The position numbers were made by a program, and so were the translations under genes. A stretch of 64,000 nt of DNA, from positions 308,465 to 372,464 of the forward strand of contig JBAYKW010000001.1 of assembly GCA_041664365.1 (NCBI GenBank), in the 5' to 3' direction. This DNA comes from Patescibacteria group bacterium (lineage in GTDB: Bacteria; Patescibacteriota; Patescibacteriia; UM-FILTER-42-10). Under the pieces are notes generated by a model. The model worked only from the letters and a program-made list of their open reading frames with translations. It did not search any database and was not told the DNA's origin. Below are positions 59,719 through 64,000 of this stretch, piece after piece (position 1 is the first letter of the stretch; the number at the start of each line of letters is the position of its first letter).

Positions 59719-61899
59719 TTAATCTATCCCGAGGTCAACATCTCTTACAACGTTTTGTAGGTCTTTTTTATATGTCTGTAAATCAAGTTCATTGCGGGTA
59801 ACATAATATTTACCCTTTTCCATGTCATCTGTCATCACTGATACATATTCAAACGGGACATATGCCCTGATATCCTTAACTTTATAGATAAACAAATTTA
59901 TTTCTTGCCGGCTTATCCTATTCGGAGGAATCGAATCCTGCAAACCCCTGATTTTTTTCAGATCAATAATTTTAGTCTGCTGGATATACCCGGTAATACT
60001 GGATTCTTTGTTCAGTTCTTTGTATCTAAATGTAAAATTGCCCACTGATTCCAGGTTCTGATCAGCGAAGCCGTTAAAATAGTTTGAGCTTTCTTCGTCG
60101 GTAACTATATATACCTCTTCATATTGATCCAATAGATTAATAAAATGTTGTTCCGATTTGTCCATCTGCCAGTTCATAATCCCTAGTAAATCATCATTAT
60201 TCTGTTCCCAATCCGGATACATCGGCAATACTTCCGGCAGATCTTTTTTAAACTCTTCGGAGCGATACAGATCAATATTCGGCAATGTATCCATATCGTA
60301 AAAATAGTGCTGGATCAATGCTATCTTCTGCCAGCCCCAACCGGGGTCCATTACCACCAGAGAGTCTTTGTGAAATATTTTATTAAACTCTTCGACTTGT
60401 CCTGTTAGTCCTTTGTTTTCAACAAAGAATAAAATCGTTCTCGCGGAAATAATCCCGATGATTGCGATCAGTGTTACTGCCGTCCTTAATTGTTTTTTCG
60501 GCAGATCGAGCCTGACGATCACTACAGCAGACAGGACGGCAAAAAGCGGGATCAATGTCGGGAAAAAGCGCCGCATAAACCAGGGTTGGTCCAGGGCGAT
60601 ATTCGGTTCAATAATAAAAAGAAATGCCGGCAATAATACCAGGGTTACTATAAATTCATTGACAGTGAAAAGTTTTTTTCGTAATCCCAGTAAAATAATA
60701 AAAATAAAGATAAAGTAAAAATAAAAAGCAAAATTTTCAAATACATACTGGGTCCGATAAACAGTCCATGTTAATTCACCTGAATTTTCAAAAGCCAAAA
60801 ATATCAACTCAAATATAACTATCGATGAAATAATCAGATAAAACAGTAATCTATTAAAATCAATCCTTTTATAAAACTTAATCAAGGCAAATATCAATCC
60901 ACCGACTAATAAAACAGATAATAATAGGATTGCAGTATTTTTGTATATATAATCAAAGCCTTCTATAACGTCCAAAGCCTGGGTCATGATATATCCGGCC
61001 TCGTAATACATGACGTAAAAATAGAAAATTACCAGATTCAAAACGGTGATTCCCGCCCCGAGCCAGATGGATAATCTGTTATTTACAAATTCTTTTCTAT
61101 ATTTGTAAAGAATCAAATAAACTGCCACAACCAAATACACGGCAAAAAATATCAAACCTTCCGGCCTTGTTAATGTTAATAGCGAAAATGGAATTAACCC
61201 ACCCATTATATATTTTGGGTTTCTTTTTTTAACGGCAAGTACCGCTAGCCACACTCCAAGCCAGATAAAAAATATCGAGATATTTTCAACATTGGTTCTT
61301 TTCGGAAACCAGAAAAACACATAGGTAGAAAGCAAAAATATCAGCGCGATCAGCGATGCCTTTCCACCTGCCAGCTCTTTCACCAAGAAGTAAAATATAC
61401 CGAAAGTAAGTAACATCAGTAAAACATTTGCCCACAACAAAAATTGTAATCCGCCAAACATATGATATACAGCTAAATACCCGGTATAGGTAGGTAAAAA
61501 CTGGGATGTAAATTTGTCACCGTCCAGATTTCTGACGCCATGCACCGGGCGCGTAAAATAATCCTCCCATACCAAAGACCCGGACTGCGTCAGTCTGTCC
61601 GCTGAATAGATATAACTCAAATCATCCCTGGCCGTCGGTATATCATGATGAAAATATCCGGCTATCAAACTGAAAAGCAGGATAATAAAAAAAGAAACTA
61701 TTGCGGTTTTATTCTTCTGTTCTTTTTTCGGTGCTAATACAGTCCTTAGCAGGTAATAAGCTGATAGAGCAATAAACATAACTGATACTACTGCGACCGG
61801 AATCTTTGAAAAAAAGCCGAAAACTGCTAAAGCTAAAATTGCCGATAAATATATGGCAAAGGCAAAACAGATTCTAAGAAATGATTTTTCTAACTGCAT
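59719..61899 (-). CDS. Large multi-pass membrane protein, GT-C (PMT/ArnT-like)
   Basis: RDD..Y loop motif, NVE, LTRPEG, MRRF, C-terminal soluble domain. Confidence 0.7.
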   Translation of the reverse strand: MQLEKSFLRICFAFAIYLSAILALAVFGFFSKIPVAVVSVMFIALSAYYLLRTVLAPKKEQKNKTAIVSFFIILLFSLIAGYFHHDIPTARDDLSYIYSADRLTQSGSLVWEDYFTRPVHGVRNLDGDKFTSQFLPTYTGYLAVYHMFGGLQFLLWANVLLMLLTFGIFYFLVKELAGGKASLIALIFLLSTYVFFWFPKRTNVENISIFFIWLGVWLAVLAVKKRNPKYIMGGLIPFSLLTLTRPEGLIFFAVYLVVAVYLILYKYRKEFVNNRLSIWLGAGITVLNLVIFYFYVMYYEAGYIMTQALDVIEGFDYIYKNTAILLLSVLLVGGLIFALIKFYKRIDFNRLLFYLIISSIVIFELIFLAFENSGELTWTVYRTQYVFENFAFYFYFIFIFIILLGLRKKLFTVNEFIVTLVLLPAFLFIIEPNIALDQPWFMRRFFPTLIPLFAVLSAVVIVRLDLPKKQLRTAVTLIAIIGIISARTILFFVENKGLTGQVEEFNKIFHKDSLVVMDPGWGWQKIALIQHYFYDMDTLPNIDLYRSEEFKKDLPEVLPMYPDWEQNNDDLLGIMNWQMDKSEQHFINLLDQYEEVYIVTDEESSNYFNGFADQNLESVGNFTFRYKELNKESSITGYIQQTKIIDLKKIRGLQDSIPPNRISRQEINLFIYKVKDIRAYVPFEYVSVMTDDMEKGKYYVTRNELDLQTYKKDLQNVVRDVDLGID

Positions 61900-62734
61900 A
61901 GGCTAACTGAAAAAAAGGCGTATATATCAATTTGATTATATAATAACATTTTTCGCTGATGCTGTAATACCGCTGAACGATTTTGCACCGCGCCCTTGCT
62001 TTGTACAATATTTTTTTAAATAATCCTAAGTTAATACTTATTTTAGAGTTCAATTGTTCTTTATGAACAATCGTCATATTACTAACAACACCGAGTTGAT
62101 AACCCGCCCGCAAAGCGCGCAGGCTGAAATCCAAATCCTCACCGTACATAAAAAATGATTCATCAATCAGACCGATTTTCTGAAAGACATCTTTCTTGAT
62201 AAACAGCGCACAGGCCGGGAGCCAATCAGCAGTGATATTTTTATCAATTTTCTCAAGCGCGGATTTTTTATTGATGTGCTCCCCTACCTTCGTTGTCGGG
62301 TGACTTAAAATATCCTTTCCACGAAACAGCTTTGAACCGGCAAACCATACTTTATCGCTGTCCGGATACTGAATGATCGGCGATGCCAGGCCGACGTTAA
62401 CATTATCTTCTAAATACTGCACCCCGCTTTTTACAAAGTTATCTGATACTTCGGTGTCCTGGTTCAGTAGCACCACATAATCAGCACCAAGCGATAATGC
62501 CTTGTTAATCCCGATATTATTGCCTTTCGCAAAACCCTGATTATTATCATTTTCTATCAGGATAACGTCTTTAAAGTTTTCTTTGATTATCTCCCTGGTC
62601 CGGTCTTCTGATTTATTATCTACCACTATCACACCAAATCCTGATTCAGTTTGTTGATACACTGAATTCAAACAATCTTGAATGAACTTTTGACCATTCC
62701 ATGTAACAATTATAATAAACAGCTTTTTAGGCAT
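61874..62734 (-). CDS. Glycosyltransferase family 2 (rhamnosyltransferase-like)
   Basis: VTWN, VDNKS, GFAKGNN, LNQDT, FMYGEDLDFS. Confidence 0.92.
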   Translation of the reverse strand: MPKKLFIIIVTWNGQKFIQDCLNSVYQQTESGFGVIVVDNKSEDRTREIIKENFKDVILIENDNNQGFAKGNNIGINKALSLGADYVVLLNQDTEVSDNFVKSGVQYLEDNVNVGLASPIIQYPDSDKVWFAGSKLFRGKDILSHPTTKVGEHINKKSALEKIDKNITADWLPACALFIKKDVFQKIGLIDESFFMYGEDLDFSLRALRAGYQLGVVSNMTIVHKEQLNSKISINLGLFKKILYKARARCKIVQRYYSISEKCYYIIKLIYTPFFQLAYAVRKIIS

Positions 62735-63431
62735 TCTTTTTCTTTATTACTACGACCATATATCCGCCGAAGCGCTTCATAAATGAACCAGCCATCATTT
62801 TTTCCAAAGACATGGAAATAGGGTTGGTAGACAATTTCTGCCCCATCGCCAAAACTTTTATTCCGCAATAATCCACAATCTCCCATCCTTCCGGCAGATA
62901 AGACTTTATTTTGTTGAGGCTGTCGTAACGGATATAGACATCCCTTTTTTTCACCACATTGTAAATCAGATTCGTCAGTTTTTTCATGCTGTAAGGGTTA
63001 TAGAATTCCAAAATGAGTGTTCCGTCATCTTTGACAATCCTGACCGCCTCTTTGATTGTTTCCTTTATTTCCGGTATATGCGCCAGTACTTTAAAAGAAT
63101 AAACAACATCAAAAGTTTTGTCATTGAACGGAATGGATTTGGCATTTGCCACTTGTACCTGCAAACCCTTCTCCTTTGCCCTTTCCAACATTCCGGGTGA
63201 CAAATCAATTCCATTTGCGATATGCGCGAATTTATTTACCTCATTTAAAATAATTCCGGTACCGCACCCGATTTCCAGTACATTTTTATCCTTGCCGTAT
63301 TTTTCCACGATCTCCACCTCTTTTTTGTTGATCATTTCATAATACCCGCTAATGCGCTCATCGTCATACCAACTACCGTATTTGTTGTAATATTCCTCTG
63401 TCTTTTCGTAACTTTCTTTTTGATTGTTCAT
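62727..63431 (-). CDS. Class I SAM-dependent methyltransferase
   Basis: LEIGCGTG, GIDLSPGML, PF...FDVVYSFKVLAH. Confidence 0.9.
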   Translation of the reverse strand: MNNQKESYEKTEEYYNKYGSWYDDERISGYYEMINKKEVEIVEKYGKDKNVLEIGCGTGIILNEVNKFAHIANGIDLSPGMLERAKEKGLQVQVANAKSIPFNDKTFDVVYSFKVLAHIPEIKETIKEAVRIVKDDGTLILEFYNPYSMKKLTNLIYNVVKKRDVYIRYDSLNKIKSYLPEGWEIVDYCGIKVLAMGQKLSTNPISMSLEKMMAGSFMKRFGGYMVVVIKKKNA

Positions 63432-63520
63432 CCCTTTAGAAATTATTGTAAATTAATTTAATAAATCAGACTTTATTACTATCCTTGATCCCATTTTGTT
63501 TGATGAATTTCTGACGGGAA

Positions 63521-64000
63521 TCATATAATATTCAGATATGCTTTAGTAATTTTATTAATTTCAAATTCTTTTTCTATTGTATCGCGGGCATTCCGGCCAA
63601 GCTCTAATCTTTTTTCCGGATTGTTAAGTAGGTATTCCAGTTTTTGTTTCAGATCCTCATCATCTTTTATAATATAGCCATTATACCCGTCCCGAATTAA
63701 AAACGCCAAAGACGGCGTATTGGTGCCAATTACCGGTATGGAAAGCGCCATTGCCTCCAGTGCCGCTTGTGAAACACCCAGAACCGAATATGAATCACGA
63801 TATGGCAATACCAGAAGATCACAGGAAGCAATATACGGCATCAGGTTCTCCTGCCAACCAATAATCGATACTCTTGCATCTTTTTTTGCCGTTTGCTCGA
63901 TTGCCGATTTCTCCGGTCCGTCGCCGCCGGAAAATATTATATCAGCATTGCTGGGATTGATTTTCAAAAATGTATTCAGCAATCGGTCTGGCCCTTTGAT
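63521..64000 (-). CDS. Glycosyltransferase family 4, 5' partial
   Basis: Frame is open to the window end (IKGPDRL); GDGP, LEAMA..PVIG, DGYNG. Confidence 0.88.
   Translation of the reverse strand: MKGPDRLLNTFLKINPSNADIIFSGGDGPEKSAIEQTAKKDARVSIIGWQENLMPYIASCDLLVLPYRDSYSVLGVSQAALEAMALSIPVIGTNTPSLAFLIRDGYNGYIIKDDEDLKQKLEYLLNNPEKRLELGRNARDTIEKEFEINKITKAYLNII

Overview
AT-rich bacterial window read with the standard genetic code. Gene content and the lack of Shine-Dalgarno leaders suggest Patescibacteria/CPR, which is an inference. 1-18 kb holds a surface protein, rpmA, pyrG, rplI, an S41 protease, murA, a PEGA protein, dTDP-rhamnose genes interleaved with ahcY and a PfkB kinase, a duplicated membrane-protein module and kbl. 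18-64 kb is a very large surface-glycan locus: gmd-gmm-colD-colC/fcl (GDP-colitose/fucose), 2 GT10 and 1 GT11, many GT2/GT4, O-methyltransferases, two Wzx flippases, Wzm/Wzt, fnlA/cupin/fnlC/reductase, three GT-C-like membrane proteins, and a gpsA/NTP-transferase/CDP-alcohol transferase trio. The most striking item is a 282-bp GIY-YIG cassette bounded by CCCGCCCGCC/GGCGGGCGGG. It sits in frame, without target duplication, inside a decoy copy of the rfbB start. Also notable are two heptamer-periodic palindromes, a RAYT carrying its own GTAG REPs inside its coding sequence, and a ~106-bp inverted copy of a GT2 segment.
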